The position numbers and the translations under genes are program-made. From Acidobacteriota bacterium (GTDB lineage Bacteria > Acidobacteriota > UBA6911), in assembly GCA_035506515.1 (NCBI GenBank), contig DATJPG010000010.1:7423-71422 (forward strand): DNA of 64,000 bases. Reading direction: 5' to 3'. Below are positions 1 through 10,029 of the stretch, piece after piece. Positions within the stretch are counted from its first letter, which is position 1, and every line of letters begins with the position of its first letter. A model generated the notes under the pieces. It made no database searches and was not told where the DNA came from. It worked only from the letters and a program-made list of their open reading frames with translations.

Positions 1-841
1 GAGAGCGTTTTGTAGCAAGCAGCGCGGCGGTGGGGGAAGGCGCGGCCGGATTCTTCGCTTCAGCGGATGCCGATTTATCGTTAGGAACGATGCTTTTAGC
101 CAGCTCGCTAATCGTGCGTTGCTCCTGGATGCGATACTCCAAGGTCTTCTGTTGATCTCGGAAACGATCCAAGGCATTCTCGATAGCGACCAGTTGGTTG
201 TTCAATCCGCTCAGCAAGTTCATATTAGCGGTTGCCTGCTCCGGCAGTTCCCCCAGATGGCGTGCTTTGAATTGCGATATCTTCTCGTCAATTGCACCCA
301 GATCCTTCTGCGCTTGACTAAGCTCCTGCTCCATGAACTCGTCTTTGTCCGCGGCCTTTTCTTTCTGAGAATCGCGATTGGTATCGATCAGGATATTTGC
401 AAGGCGTTTTGCGACCGCTTGGGCGACCTGAGGACTGCTGGCAATGTAAGCCATCGTAAAGATATTCCCCGTGGACTTCGATATTTCCAGGTAATTGCGA
501 ATGTCATTCACACGGTCTTCCATTAAAACACTGCTGTCCGCGGCTCGCAGATTAAATTCCTCGACAACCCGTTCGAGGATCGTCCGACTTTCCAGAAGCT
601 GACGAATCGTGTTCATGCGGTCTTCCGTTCGGTCCCGGGCTGCGTTTGGAGACAGATTGTCATCCAGCAATGTTGCCGATTCTACGAGAATCCGCGTTTC
701 AGACCGATATAAGTTGGGCCTCAGCCGCGCAAAAATTGCCGTTCCACCAAAAACAAGAATCATGGCAGCAAGGAAAAACCAGCGCCTTTTCCAAGGAACG
801 GCCAGATAATCGCGCAATTCCCAACGGGTCAGGTCTTTCAT
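1..841 (-). CDS. Polysaccharide chain-length determinant (Wzz/GumC/EpsF-like PCP), partial; the C-terminus runs off the window start
   Basis: My own reverse-complement translation from the ATG at 841 gives MKDLTRWELRDYLAVPWKRRWFFLAAMILVFGGTAIFARL... (cytoplasmic N-terminus, one TM helix, then a long coiled-coil region with no stop down to position 1). It lies immediately downstream of the Wza-like gene on the same strand. It is absent from the ORF track because it runs off the edge. Confidence 0.6.
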   Translation of the reverse strand, partial: MKDLTRWELRDYLAVPWKRRWFFLAAMILVFGGTAIFARLRPNLYRSETRILVESATLLDDNLSPNAARDRTEDRMNTIRQLLESRTILERVVEEFNLRAADSSVLMEDRVNDIRNYLEISKSTGNIFTMAYIASSPQVAQAVAKRLANILIDTNRDSQKEKAADKDEFMEQELSQAQKDLGAIDEKISQFKARHLGELPEQATANMNLLSGLNNQLVAIENALDRFRDQQKTLEYRIQEQRTISELAKSIVPNDKSASAEAKNPAAPSPTAALLATKRS

Positions 842-859
842 GTCGTGTAGATATCCTCC

Positions 860-1447
860 TCAAGGAACAACTATCTGATCGCCGTTTTTCAGCAAGATGT
901 TCTGGCTCATGTTCTTACCGTTTAGCATATCGTTATAGTTAAAAAGAAACGTTATCGATTTACCGTCTTCCTTACGGAAAATTTTGATTTTTTTGCCCTT
1001 AGCATCGATGGTCAGCCCGCCTGCGCGCGCCAGCAGTTCGAGGACGGTCGTTGGCGACCCAATTGTATACACTCCCGGTTTTTGTACCTGGCCCACGATC
1101 GAGACAGATTTGCTGAAGATCCTGGTAATCGTAACGGTCACAATGGGAACTGTTACATAATATTCCTTCAGCTTACCCGCAATCGTGTCCTGCAGTTGTT
1201 TGACGGTCAATCCATCCGCGGTCAAGTCTCCGATCAGGGGCAAACTGATTTTTCCATCAGGGCGGACGACCACATCTTTAATGGAAAGGTCGGCATCCTT
1301 CCAGACGTTTATTGCCATGACATCCTCGACGCCGATGATGTAGTCCTTGTTGGATCCACCGATGGCTTCTTGGGCCGGCTTCTGCGCCGCCGCAATTCCG
1401 CTGAATGCAAACACGAATATGAAAAGAGTGAATGCTGCCCTATGCAT
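860..1447 (-). CDS. Polysaccharide export protein (Wza/EpsE-like, SLBB domain), periplasmic
   Basis: ORF 860..1555 trimmed to the ATG at 1447, which is preceded by an AAGGAGG RBS. Signal peptide MHRAAFTLFIFVFAFSGIAAAQ. Wza-like motifs YIIGVEDVMAINVW and GKISLPLIGDL. Confidence 0.8.
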   Translation of the reverse strand: MHRAAFTLFIFVFAFSGIAAAQKPAQEAIGGSNKDYIIGVEDVMAINVWKDADLSIKDVVVRPDGKISLPLIGDLTADGLTVKQLQDTIAGKLKEYYVTVPIVTVTITRIFSKSVSIVGQVQKPGVYTIGSPTTVLELLARAGGLTIDAKGKKIKIFRKEDGKSITFLFNYNDMLNGKNMSQNILLKNGDQIVVP

Positions 1448-1671
1448 TTTGAAGAACCTCCTTTTAACTTTATCGTCGTAGCATTTACAAACCTTCTTGA
1501 TCTGTATGGAGATAAGAATAAAACTGTATAGACAGGATTCTCGCGTCGTCTTCAAAAAGGCGGTAAAGCAACACCAGGCGGTTGGAATAATTGTGCTGCC
1601 CTATTTGGTCCGTTTGAGATTAGCTTCCCAGCCATTGCTGCCGTATATGGAGTCCCGGTTTATGGGTTCGC

Positions 1672-3024
1672 CTAATGGCGGCTCACGCCCGGAAGAATGA
1701 TTTCGATGCCGGCGTAAATCTCCAGGCGTTTCAGGGGGACTGAGTTATCAAGATTGAATGCCCGGTCCTGATACTCGTAATTTCCGCTAATGCTGGCCAT
1801 AATGTAGCGGAACAGCAGGTACTTGAATCCTGCTCCTGAAATGAACGTATTCTGAAGCACGTGTTCCGCATAGGGTTCAGTACGGTAGTAATATGCTCCC
1901 AGCGTCAAGCTTGATTTCGATGTCAGCCGCTGGTCGAAGGACAGAGAAATAGTGTGCGTGTTGTTTAGTTGGGGAGTCCCGAGTTGATACTGCGCCGCTT
2001 TTGTGTACGATATTGAGAATATGCTTAAGTCCGTTGTGCGGCCGATGGCTGCACTAAAATATGAGGGAATATAGGAATGGCCGGGAGTATCAACCCATTC
2101 CACGCCTCCGTTTCCAAACAGCCGCCACTTTTTGCTTATTTGATATCCAAGACCGCCGCTAAGCCTTTTTAGTTCATCCTGCCGTACACCCGATGCCGTT
2201 TCATAGCGGCCATACATGAAATCGATATTCATATCGTATCTTCGGCTTAACTTGCGTTCAAAGTTCGTGCCGACATTGAATGCATCCGTGTCGTTCACCC
2301 CACTGGTTTCATAACGGAAAACTTGAGAATTGCCTTGGAAGCCGATACTGGTTTTCCTGTCTGGAGAATAGTTGAGCTGAGCGGCACCCCTATTCATGAA
2401 AACCCGTTCGTAGCTATACCCGGATATTCCCGGGCCTATCGGATTTTCTATCGGGAGCCCGGGTGAGAATCCTCCGGAAAGAGAAAGCAGATCTGAAGGC
2501 GCGCTGCGCACTTCATCTGTTGCGATGAAGGTCCAGTGACGGTTTGGCATGGATACAAAACTCACATTTCCCGTATGAAACGTCAGATCTCCTAAATTTG
2601 TTGCGTCGCTGAAGAATCTCTGCTCCAGTGAATAATCCACATGAAATTGGGTCTTTCTTCTTCCCAAGTTAATAAATACCGTAGGCAGAACCAGCATCTC
2701 CCGAGTGTCGGTATCTGAGACTGGCTCCGATTCCAGGATTGTTCTGTCGTAGAGTCCGAATAGGCCAAGAGAGAATCCCGCCTTGTTTCTCGAATTCATC
2801 ACTACCGAATCCTTTAGGGATCGTCCACTTGTCGGCATCTGATAAGCCGCATCGCTAATAGGCTGCTGACCGGATATTGCCTGGTCTTCCTGCGCAGGTT
2901 CGCCCGATGGCCCGTCCTGCGCCAGGATCGGGCCTCCTTGCAGAGAGATCAGGAAAATCAATTGAGTCAGTATGCACAGGCTTATTTTTGCGGCCATGAT
3001 TCGAGTCCCCCAGAGTTGATTCAC
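1672..3024 (-). CDS. Outer-membrane beta-barrel protein associated with polysaccharide export (EpsL-like)
   Basis: 450-aa ORF with N-terminal signal peptide (MAAKISLCILTQLIFLISLQGGPILAQD), a Gly/Tyr-rich sequence with alternating beta-strand character, and an aromatic C-terminal end. It sits between the PTP and Wza genes. The start is either GTG at 3024 or ATG at 2997. Confidence 0.5.
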   Translation of the reverse strand: MNQLWGTRIMAAKISLCILTQLIFLISLQGGPILAQDGPSGEPAQEDQAISGQQPISDAAYQMPTSGRSLKDSVVMNSRNKAGFSLGLFGLYDRTILESEPVSDTDTREMLVLPTVFINLGRRKTQFHVDYSLEQRFFSDATNLGDLTFHTGNVSFVSMPNRHWTFIATDEVRSAPSDLLSLSGGFSPGLPIENPIGPGISGYSYERVFMNRGAAQLNYSPDRKTSIGFQGNSQVFRYETSGVNDTDAFNVGTNFERKLSRRYDMNIDFMYGRYETASGVRQDELKRLSGGLGYQISKKWRLFGNGGVEWVDTPGHSYIPSYFSAAIGRTTDLSIFSISYTKAAQYQLGTPQLNNTHTISLSFDQRLTSKSSLTLGAYYYRTEPYAEHVLQNTFISGAGFKYLLFRYIMASISGNYEYQDRAFNLDNSVPLKRLEIYAGIEIILPGVSRH

Positions 3025-3219
3025 CTCTCTGCTTGTGAGGTTGTCTGTAATCTCTCTTTGTTCTTTGTTGGCGCGTTCACCAAAATACCAATCCTCTTCC
3101 CGGGTATCACTTCCTGATCAAGCAGGAGCCACCCTTCTCACGGTATGCCCCGTCACAATAACAATCGGCCGTATCTACGAATTGATGAGAAAGTAAAATG
3201 AATAACTTTTCCGATGTCC

Positions 3220-3771
3220 CTATATACAAAGCAGGTCCTTTGCCGCATACAAGGATTCCGATATCAACTTGTATGTCCGCGTGAAGCCATCTATTCCATG
3301 CCCGAAAGGATCCGCAATTTCCATGCCTCTGCCTTGATCACTGCTGAGTGCGCCAAGCAGGATGGGGAGGTGGGGACGGTTGCCCTCCATATTTGAAACG
3401 AACACTTCATTATCAAAATCAAAAACAAAGACTGCGGCTGCAGAATTTAGAAGAGAATACGTCAAAGGGCGCGAACGGTGCGGGCTTAAATCCACACCAA
3501 AAGAGAAAGCGGCTTCCACCGCCTCCGGAGGGCATGACCTGCCATAAGGTGGAAGATATCCGGCGGATTGGATTGTCAGTGATGAAGGGAAGATGGTCAT
3601 CGCAAGCCGCTCCGCGAAGGGACTTCTGCAAATATTTCCTCTGCAAACGAACAAGACCGGACCGTCCTTCGCCTTGGCGCTGCTTAGCGTCGCCCGCATC
3701 CGGCGCCGGTATGTTTTCTCGAGTAGCCCATTGGAGGCAAGAAGCCTCTTAAGGCGTGTTTTATAAGGCAT
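3220..3771 (-). CDS. Low-molecular-weight protein-tyrosine phosphatase (Wzb-like)
   Basis: P-loop CX5R motif LFVCRGNICRSPFAE and a DPY-like region (EIADPFGHG). Its size and its place in an EPS locus are typical. The true start may be the internal ATG at 3699. Confidence 0.85.
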   Translation of the reverse strand: MPYKTRLKRLLASNGLLEKTYRRRMRATLSSAKAKDGPVLFVCRGNICRSPFAERLAMTIFPSSLTIQSAGYLPPYGRSCPPEAVEAAFSFGVDLSPHRSRPLTYSLLNSAAAVFVFDFDNEVFVSNMEGNRPHLPILLGALSSDQGRGMEIADPFGHGIDGFTRTYKLISESLYAAKDLLCI

Positions 3772-3830
3772 CAGAGTCTGCTAGTAGGTTAGGAAATGTG
3801 CTAGCTTCAATTTGGACAGGTTCCTGGATA

Positions 3831-5045
3831 TCAGTGACGGCTATCTGCAAGAGCATGCGGCAAAAACCTTCGCATCCAGTTGCCAAAAGCGGCAAGGCCA
3901 GGCATAGGATCCGCGAGTGAGATATCTTCATATCGTAGGCCTGGATACCATGGAATAGCGACCTTCAACAAGCTCCACCAAAAATTAGGGAACGCTGAGG
4001 GCCAGCCGATAGGTTTCCCTTCCCAGACATTTTCCAGGAACACCAGATCTCCCACCAGCGATCGCGAGGTTATCGCTTTTCTGTAACTGACGACTGTTGG
4101 CGGCAGCTTGCCATGCAGAAACCACTCTACAAGAAAGAGAGGATAATTGATGCCACAACAAACGGGGAGATGAATGGATCCCCACGGCCTGGCATTTACT
4201 TCCATAAGTGTGTAACACCCTGTTTGAGGGGAGCGTTTGTATTCAACCATGGCAATGCCCTCGAAACCGACGGCCTGCAGAAGGCTCTCTCCTCCCTTGC
4301 GAAGCAGAGGACTGATTTCCTCCGATATGCGCGCGCTGCTTCCCGAACCTTTAGGGTCTTTTTCTCGCAACCGACGCCACTGGAAAGGGGCGTGCGACTG
4401 TTTGTTGATCAAAAAGCATGAAAATCCGATTCCGTTGCCTTCCACATATTCTTGAACCAGCACATCCCTGACTAGTTGCAGCCGGTTTTGAGCCGCTTTG
4501 ACAAGATCCTCATAGGAGTACGCATAGACAACTCCGCCCGAAATCCCTCCCAAATCCGACCATCGGATGGAAAACCTGTCTTTCATTACCAGTGGGAAGC
4601 CCCAATCACGCACGGTTTCCAATTCTTCTATCCTTGTAATGAGCAATGTCCTCGGCACGGCTATGCCAAGCTTTTGAGCGATCCGAACTGTGTGGTATTT
4701 GTCATTCAATTGTTCAAGGGCAGTATGCGGAGGCAAGCACAAATGTGTGAGCCCTTCAAATTGAAGCCGGTTATAAGAAAGCGGCCAGATCGTGGCATCC
4801 GTCATCGGGATAACCAGATCAAATGGCCTAGCACGGAGGAGAACTGTTAACCATTCGACAAAATGTGGAGCATCCTGTTCCGGCGACGGATACACGTCTG
4901 TGTGGGCGACATAGCGTGAAAAACGTGATGCGGCAAAATGCTCAGAACTGTACGCAAGAGTGACATGGAATCCATTGCGTCCCAATGCTCTGACGCACGT
5001 CAATGCCGCAGTGCTATGACCGTCCAGGACCAGGATTCTAGGCAT
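3831..5045 (-). CDS. ATP-grasp domain protein (predicted ligase)
   Basis: ORF 3831..5162; the likely start is MPRILVLDG at 5045. ATP-grasp-like features: PLVMKDRF...GG.GV, VQEYVEG, and EVNARPWGS near the C-terminus. Confidence 0.6.
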   Translation of the reverse strand: MPRILVLDGHSTAALTCVRALGRNGFHVTLAYSSEHFAASRFSRYVAHTDVYPSPEQDAPHFVEWLTVLLRARPFDLVIPMTDATIWPLSYNRLQFEGLTHLCLPPHTALEQLNDKYHTVRIAQKLGIAVPRTLLITRIEELETVRDWGFPLVMKDRFSIRWSDLGGISGGVVYAYSYEDLVKAAQNRLQLVRDVLVQEYVEGNGIGFSCFLINKQSHAPFQWRRLREKDPKGSGSSARISEEISPLLRKGGESLLQAVGFEGIAMVEYKRSPQTGCYTLMEVNARPWGSIHLPVCCGINYPLFLVEWFLHGKLPPTVVSYRKAITSRSLVGDLVFLENVWEGKPIGWPSAFPNFWWSLLKVAIPWYPGLRYEDISLADPMPGLAAFGNWMRRFLPHALADSRH

Positions 5046-5094
5046 CAATTCGGTTTGATCCCAATGTGCTCCGATGTGAATCGGAGATGCAAAA

Positions 5095-6093
5095 CTATAG
5101 AACACGCCCGCAAAAGGTATTTTCCAGGTGCCATCGAAACCCGTCAAAATCCATGGGCACATAGATTCGACGAAGGTTCAAGCGCGCACCCGGCGAATAG
5201 ACCGGCCCGGCATCGCACGTGACGGCCGTGGCATACCCGATCGTATCCGTAAGGCTGCGTGTCAAATTGTTCCAGTGGGGACTGAGAAAAGGCGATGGAT
5301 ATGAGAAATGAACAACCGGAGCGCCGAGTTTTTCCTCGATGCGCGCTTTGCTATCCCTCAACTCCTTTTCAGCCGCGCTGGCGGGTACATGGGCCAGATT
5401 GGGATGGGTCATGCTATGAGAGCCAATCACATGCCCTGCGTTCCGCAGCATGCTGGCCTGCTGCCATGTCATCATTAAGGGCGGAATTTCTGTAACCGGA
5501 GGGCTTCCCAAAGCATTCTCGATGTCCTGCAATGCACTTTCTTGTTGGTCTCCTGCAAGACAAGCCAGAGTGGAGCACGCGGCGTTGATCGCGCGCTCTC
5601 TTCCCTCTGTAGTATCCACTGGGAAGCGGACGCTGTCCCCGGGATTCAGCCAGCTTCCAACGGAGGCTTTTCCAAAAGCGAAACGCAGACGAACAAACCA
5701 GGGCGCGATGCCGGAATCGATTGAACCCACTGTCAAATAAAACGCTCCTGATATTTTAAATCGGTCCAGAATATCAGCTGCAAGGACGGCATTATCCGAA
5801 AAGCCGTCGTCGAATGTGATGGCGACGGCTCGTGACGGAATGGGATGATGATCGCGCAGTATTTCCAGGACCTGATCTACTCCAAGGACCCTGCAGTGGC
5901 TTGAAACATATCGCATCTGGCTTAAAAACACTTTGGCGGAGTGCGTGATGCCGCAACCTATATTCTCCGCAGATTCGGCCGGATTTTCTCGCACCGAATG
6001 GTACCGGAGAATCGCCAGTTTGGACGCAGTCCAGCGTTGAGAGGCCTGCAACAAGTGGCTCTCTAAAATCGCTCTTTTGATGAGACTTTTCAT
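5095..6093 (-). CDS. Polysaccharide deacetylase (NodB homology domain, PEP-CTERM-locus type)
   Basis: Motifs ITFDDGFSDN and GSHSMTHPNL. Confidence 0.8.
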   Translation of the reverse strand: MKSLIKRAILESHLLQASQRWTASKLAILRYHSVRENPAESAENIGCGITHSAKVFLSQMRYVSSHCRVLGVDQVLEILRDHHPIPSRAVAITFDDGFSDNAVLAADILDRFKISGAFYLTVGSIDSGIAPWFVRLRFAFGKASVGSWLNPGDSVRFPVDTTEGRERAINAACSTLACLAGDQQESALQDIENALGSPPVTEIPPLMMTWQQASMLRNAGHVIGSHSMTHPNLAHVPASAAEKELRDSKARIEEKLGAPVVHFSYPSPFLSPHWNNLTRSLTDTIGYATAVTCDAGPVYSPGARLNLRRIYVPMDFDGFRWHLENTFCGRVL

Positions 6094-6144
6094 TTTCTGC
6101 CGCAGAAAAAGTGAGTCTTCTCCATCCGATGCCTATGCAGACAC

Positions 6145-7227
6145 TCAAGACTTCCCGGAAAGCCCGCGAGGGGATCGAGGATTGCAGGCTTCTTGTCCGA
6201 GGATGCAGGCCAGGCGGACCAATCGTCTAATCCCCGCTGCCTGTGTAAAGAACTGCTGCGCCCGGAGGCGTCCTTTCTCTCCCATGGTTCTTGCTTTTTC
6301 CGGATGATTCCACAATTCCAATATCCGCTCGCGCAGTAACGCGATGTCGCCGGGTGGGACAATGTATCCCGTTTCGCCATCGATAATGTAGTCATGAGCT
6401 GAAACGTCATCCATGGCAATCACCGGTTTCCCATGCCACATTCCGTTACAGAAATTGGCTTCTCCTCCCCCCTTAAGTCCGGTAGAAATCATGGGGATTA
6501 CCACCAAACGGCACAACGCCATCAGCTTGGAGTAAGACGGCTCTGAAGCCGCCAGAGGGATCACGTTGGGCAAGTCTTCGATAGTCTTTATGACTGACGG
6601 ATGAGTACAGCTGATAATAAGCTTTACGTCTGTGCCGCGAATTGCCTCCACTAAAGCCCTATAGTCGCGCTTGCCGTTTCCGCCGGCAAAAACGAAATCA
6701 AGCGTCTGCAAATCTCTCGGGCTTCTTTTCGAATGGTTTGCCTTATAGGGAATGAACATAAAGAGGTTTTCGGGAAGCCCGAAGAAACGGGAATAGTTTT
6801 GCGGTTGTCTGCTCGACCAGAATGTGGCTAGCGAGCAACCGAGGAAACAGCGCCGAGCCAAATAGCGCTTTAACGTGCTTCGCGGTTCGAGATGCGAATC
6901 CCAGAAAAGAATCACTTTTCTTCTGAAAAAAAGGAAGTAATTGAGGAGACAGGCATAGTTCCCCAAAGAGGCACTGCCGTTCGCCAGCACCACTGTTCGG
7001 CCGTCTGCCGCGCACAATAACTGGAACGCCCAGATCAATTCGGAAAGCGGCTTGCAGAAGGAGACCAGACGGCTAAGCGTACAAGGTCGGACTTCCTCTA
7101 CCGGCAGCAATCCCTCCGTATAGACGGAATCGAAGGCTTCATGGGAAATAAGGCGTATTCCTTCCGGCACGCCAAAATGCTCCCCGTCTAGTACCCGCCA
7201 ATCTTTTCTTGCCTCGTCGATGGTCAC
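6145..7227 (-). CDS. Glycosyltransferase family 1 (GT4)
   Basis: C-terminal GT-B motif GGEANFCNGMWHGKPVIAMDDVSAHDYIIDGETGYIV (EX7E). Confidence 0.8.
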   Translation of the reverse strand: MTIDEARKDWRVLDGEHFGVPEGIRLISHEAFDSVYTEGLLPVEEVRPCTLSRLVSFCKPLSELIWAFQLLCAADGRTVVLANGSASLGNYACLLNYFLFFRRKVILFWDSHLEPRSTLKRYLARRCFLGCSLATFWSSRQPQNYSRFFGLPENLFMFIPYKANHSKRSPRDLQTLDFVFAGGNGKRDYRALVEAIRGTDVKLIISCTHPSVIKTIEDLPNVIPLAASEPSYSKLMALCRLVVIPMISTGLKGGGEANFCNGMWHGKPVIAMDDVSAHDYIIDGETGYIVPPGDIALLRERILELWNHPEKARTMGEKGRLRAQQFFTQAAGIRRLVRLACILGQEACNPRSPRGLSGKS

Positions 7228-7285
7228 GAATCCTCCCGGACCGACCTGTCGCGCGTTGTCCTGGGACTTTTCTGAACGTCGGGCA

Positions 7286-8344
7286 CTATGAAAGCGTGGC
7301 TTCCGCTGGCCATAGGCTTTTCCTGTTATCGTTTAAAAACCATGCAATGTTATGCTTGAGAGAAATATTATTTTCTATCCGACGCATTAAATTTTGAGGC
7401 CGGTTTTCAATTTTGGCGCAAATGCAACACACTCGATGGAGGATTTCGCAAATGAGTGCAACCGGCAAGGCGATCTCCGGCGGCTTTCCATAGCCGGCCA
7501 GGAAACCATTCTTAAGCGCATCGATCGTTCGTTTGCTATACAATAAATATGCTTTTTCATCCTCAAAGTTGGTCATCATCTTGAGGAAATCCATGGGCAG
7601 CAAGTCCTCCTGATATCCGAGGAAGTCAATGACGGTGATGCCATTAGCCCCGGCAATAATGTTCCAGTTGCCGAAATCACCATGGCGTCCGGCTACCGGC
7701 GGACGATCTCCGGCCCGATGGATTTGATCCCTGATCAGAGATCGTATGCGTTCTGTCAGGTTTCGAGGGCAACGAGGGTCTGCCGTCCTGTCAATGATGT
7801 TGAGCTTTTGTTCGCACCGCTCCAAGGTGACTGCATAAATGGAAGGACTGGCGAACTGTACTCCGGTAAATTCACGAAGCTTTCTGAGCCACAGACCACA
7901 GAGTCTGTAAAACTCAACCAGCCTATTGAGAGAGTCATGCCTCGTCAGTAACCGGATTCCATTCAGCATCTCCACCAGGAGCTGGCCGTCGACGAATTCC
8001 ATAATGTACAGGTCTTGCTCCGGAACAACAAGGATCGGTCGGGGAACGTTACATCCAGGAACGTTGAGGAACTTTGGGTACAGTTCGCGCAGGATCAAAA
8101 ATTCAACCTGCGCCTGGTTCTCTCTATCCGTTATGCTTTTGTTTGCGGAATGATGCACGATTTGTTTCAATACCAGTTTGCGTTCTCCTCCTGATGTCAA
8201 AGCACGGATGAATATTATCCTGGAAAATGGACGATGAACCGTGTTTATGACACCAACGGATTCCAGCCGAACTCCATCCTGCTCAGAAAGAGTAGTTGCA
8301 ATCAAATCACGTAGATCGAATTGGATTATATCCGGCATTTTCAT
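7286..8344 (-). CDS. Aminoglycoside-phosphotransferase-like (protein-kinase-fold) small-molecule kinase
   Basis: Catalytic-loop motif HGDFGNWNII (HGDxxxxN) and DFLGYQ (DFG-like). Confidence 0.6.
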   Translation of the reverse strand: MKMPDIIQFDLRDLIATTLSEQDGVRLESVGVINTVHRPFSRIIFIRALTSGGERKLVLKQIVHHSANKSITDRENQAQVEFLILRELYPKFLNVPGCNVPRPILVVPEQDLYIMEFVDGQLLVEMLNGIRLLTRHDSLNRLVEFYRLCGLWLRKLREFTGVQFASPSIYAVTLERCEQKLNIIDRTADPRCPRNLTERIRSLIRDQIHRAGDRPPVAGRHGDFGNWNIIAGANGITVIDFLGYQEDLLPMDFLKMMTNFEDEKAYLLYSKRTIDALKNGFLAGYGKPPEIALPVALICEILHRVCCICAKIENRPQNLMRRIENNISLKHNIAWFLNDNRKSLWPAEATLS

Positions 8345-8483
8345 AAAAATGAATATTGGGGCAATTCGGTAGAAGAGGGTATTTCGTTCATCCGCTTTTT
8401 GAAAGAAGCATGGGACCGGGAGGCGAGAAGGATTCCAATAGAACCCAAGTCGTCACGAGCCTTCTGCCGTACGCGTTTTCCGG

Positions 8484-9944
8484 CTAAAGCTCGATGTGTC
8501 CTTGCCACCCGGATGGAGGTCTAAAGCGAAAGAAGTGTTCCTGAACGCCAGCGCGCAGGTGCCTCCATTCGCCCGTGCCATTTCTGAAGAGTATGTCTTC
8601 CGGAGCAAAATCGGCAATCGGCCAGACGGACCGTTCGAATGCATTCCGTATTATGGGAATCTTGCGAAAATTGAAACCTACGATTGTTGCCAGCACGGCA
8701 TCTACCGCCGCTGGATTAAAGCCGGCTGCTAGTATTCCACAAACGCGAGGTTCCGGCTGCATGGGCCCCTCTCCTTCACCGGCCACGATCCCATCCACGA
8801 TGTTTAAGCAGGTTCGCTGGGGAGTGTGGGTCATCTCCCCGTTGCGATCCGCATAACGGAGGATGCGGTTTAGGTCCAGCACGGTGCGCCACAGCGTATC
8901 GTTTCCGTACCAACTTCCCTCGAAAAACTGATCCCGGGAAAAATCTCTGCAAAGCCGCAGCAGGCAACGATTGGCTAATTGCCTTGCCGGGTCGAGAAAG
9001 GAATGGGGCCGGGAATCGATCGCCTCATTCACAGACGATATAGCCCTTTTTAAAAAGGAAGGATGCCTATATTCGTCTCCGCCTTCCTCTATGCTGCCGT
9101 GGCGGTGGTGAGGCAACCAGTCTTTATGGCCGTTAATTCCGACGATATTTTTCAAACTTGCTGTTAATCCCACTTTGCGATGTGTTTTCAATTTCGCAAC
9201 GTTTAATATGCAATCTGCTTCGAGTACCGATTTGGAAACTAGGTATTCGTGCACGGCAGTATTGTGATGGCTCCGCATGTTCTTGCAGTCATAGTTGGTG
9301 ACTCGAAAGCGGGCAAAATCTCCATCGATCGGGTGCAAAAGACTTTCGCTGCCCAAATTAATCCGATGATAGCCCTTTGAATCTCCTGATAATTCAGATT
9401 GTGCTCTGATTCGATGGTTCTCGTCGAGACTGATCGAGGACAAACGTAAATCCATTAGGTGAATCGGCACATCCCATCGTCGCGCCACACGCTCGCAGAT
9501 TTCGTGGAGGCCATGGATCGCGATGATCCTGGTAAAATCTGCGCTCTGAACGGGCGCATCTGCAATAATGATTCGTCCGCTGTGCTTTAAGGCCAGCGCC
9601 GCGTATTCGAGCACGCATCGAATGACCGAACCATGAGTGATGACCGATTCGATGGACCCGCCTTGCGTGTGAATGTGGCGTACAAGATTAGGCTTTATAA
9701 GAACGGTTTGTCCGGGAAAGATGAAATCTCCAAACGGATTCCATCCCGGGGTTCCAAATGCATTTGGATGAAAACCCATCGAATACAGCAGATCCCGAAA
9801 GAGAGCGAAAACGGCATTAGGTTCAGCATTTGTTAGTCCGCGTCCACAAAATTCAGGATACTCACAATCCGGATCAAATGGTGGAGTCTGCGGATATTCC
9901 GATATAGCAGCCGACCTGCAAATAGATACGTTTTCTTCGTTCAT
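8484..9944 (-). CDS. DUF362 domain-containing protein
   Basis: LNVAKLKTHRKVGLTASLKNIVG is the characteristic DUF362 core. Confidence 0.55.
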   Translation of the reverse strand: MNEENVSICRSAAISEYPQTPPFDPDCEYPEFCGRGLTNAEPNAVFALFRDLLYSMGFHPNAFGTPGWNPFGDFIFPGQTVLIKPNLVRHIHTQGGSIESVITHGSVIRCVLEYAALALKHSGRIIIADAPVQSADFTRIIAIHGLHEICERVARRWDVPIHLMDLRLSSISLDENHRIRAQSELSGDSKGYHRINLGSESLLHPIDGDFARFRVTNYDCKNMRSHHNTAVHEYLVSKSVLEADCILNVAKLKTHRKVGLTASLKNIVGINGHKDWLPHHRHGSIEEGGDEYRHPSFLKRAISSVNEAIDSRPHSFLDPARQLANRCLLRLCRDFSRDQFFEGSWYGNDTLWRTVLDLNRILRYADRNGEMTHTPQRTCLNIVDGIVAGEGEGPMQPEPRVCGILAAGFNPAAVDAVLATIVGFNFRKIPIIRNAFERSVWPIADFAPEDILFRNGTGEWRHLRAGVQEHFFRFRPPSGWQGHIEL

Positions 9945-10029
9945 AAATACAAGGGAGATGAAACCGTTTAAAGCGCCACAATACTATCGCAGGCCGCTGA
10001 CCGCACGGGGATGTGCTACAGCCGCGATT

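Noticed and set aside
119-526. 135-aa plus-strand ORF at the window start
   Set aside because: It lies antisense to, and wholly within, the minus-strand Wzz/EpsF-like gene, which has a clear ATG, a TM helix and a coiled coil. The ORF product is leucine-rich mirror-frame noise.
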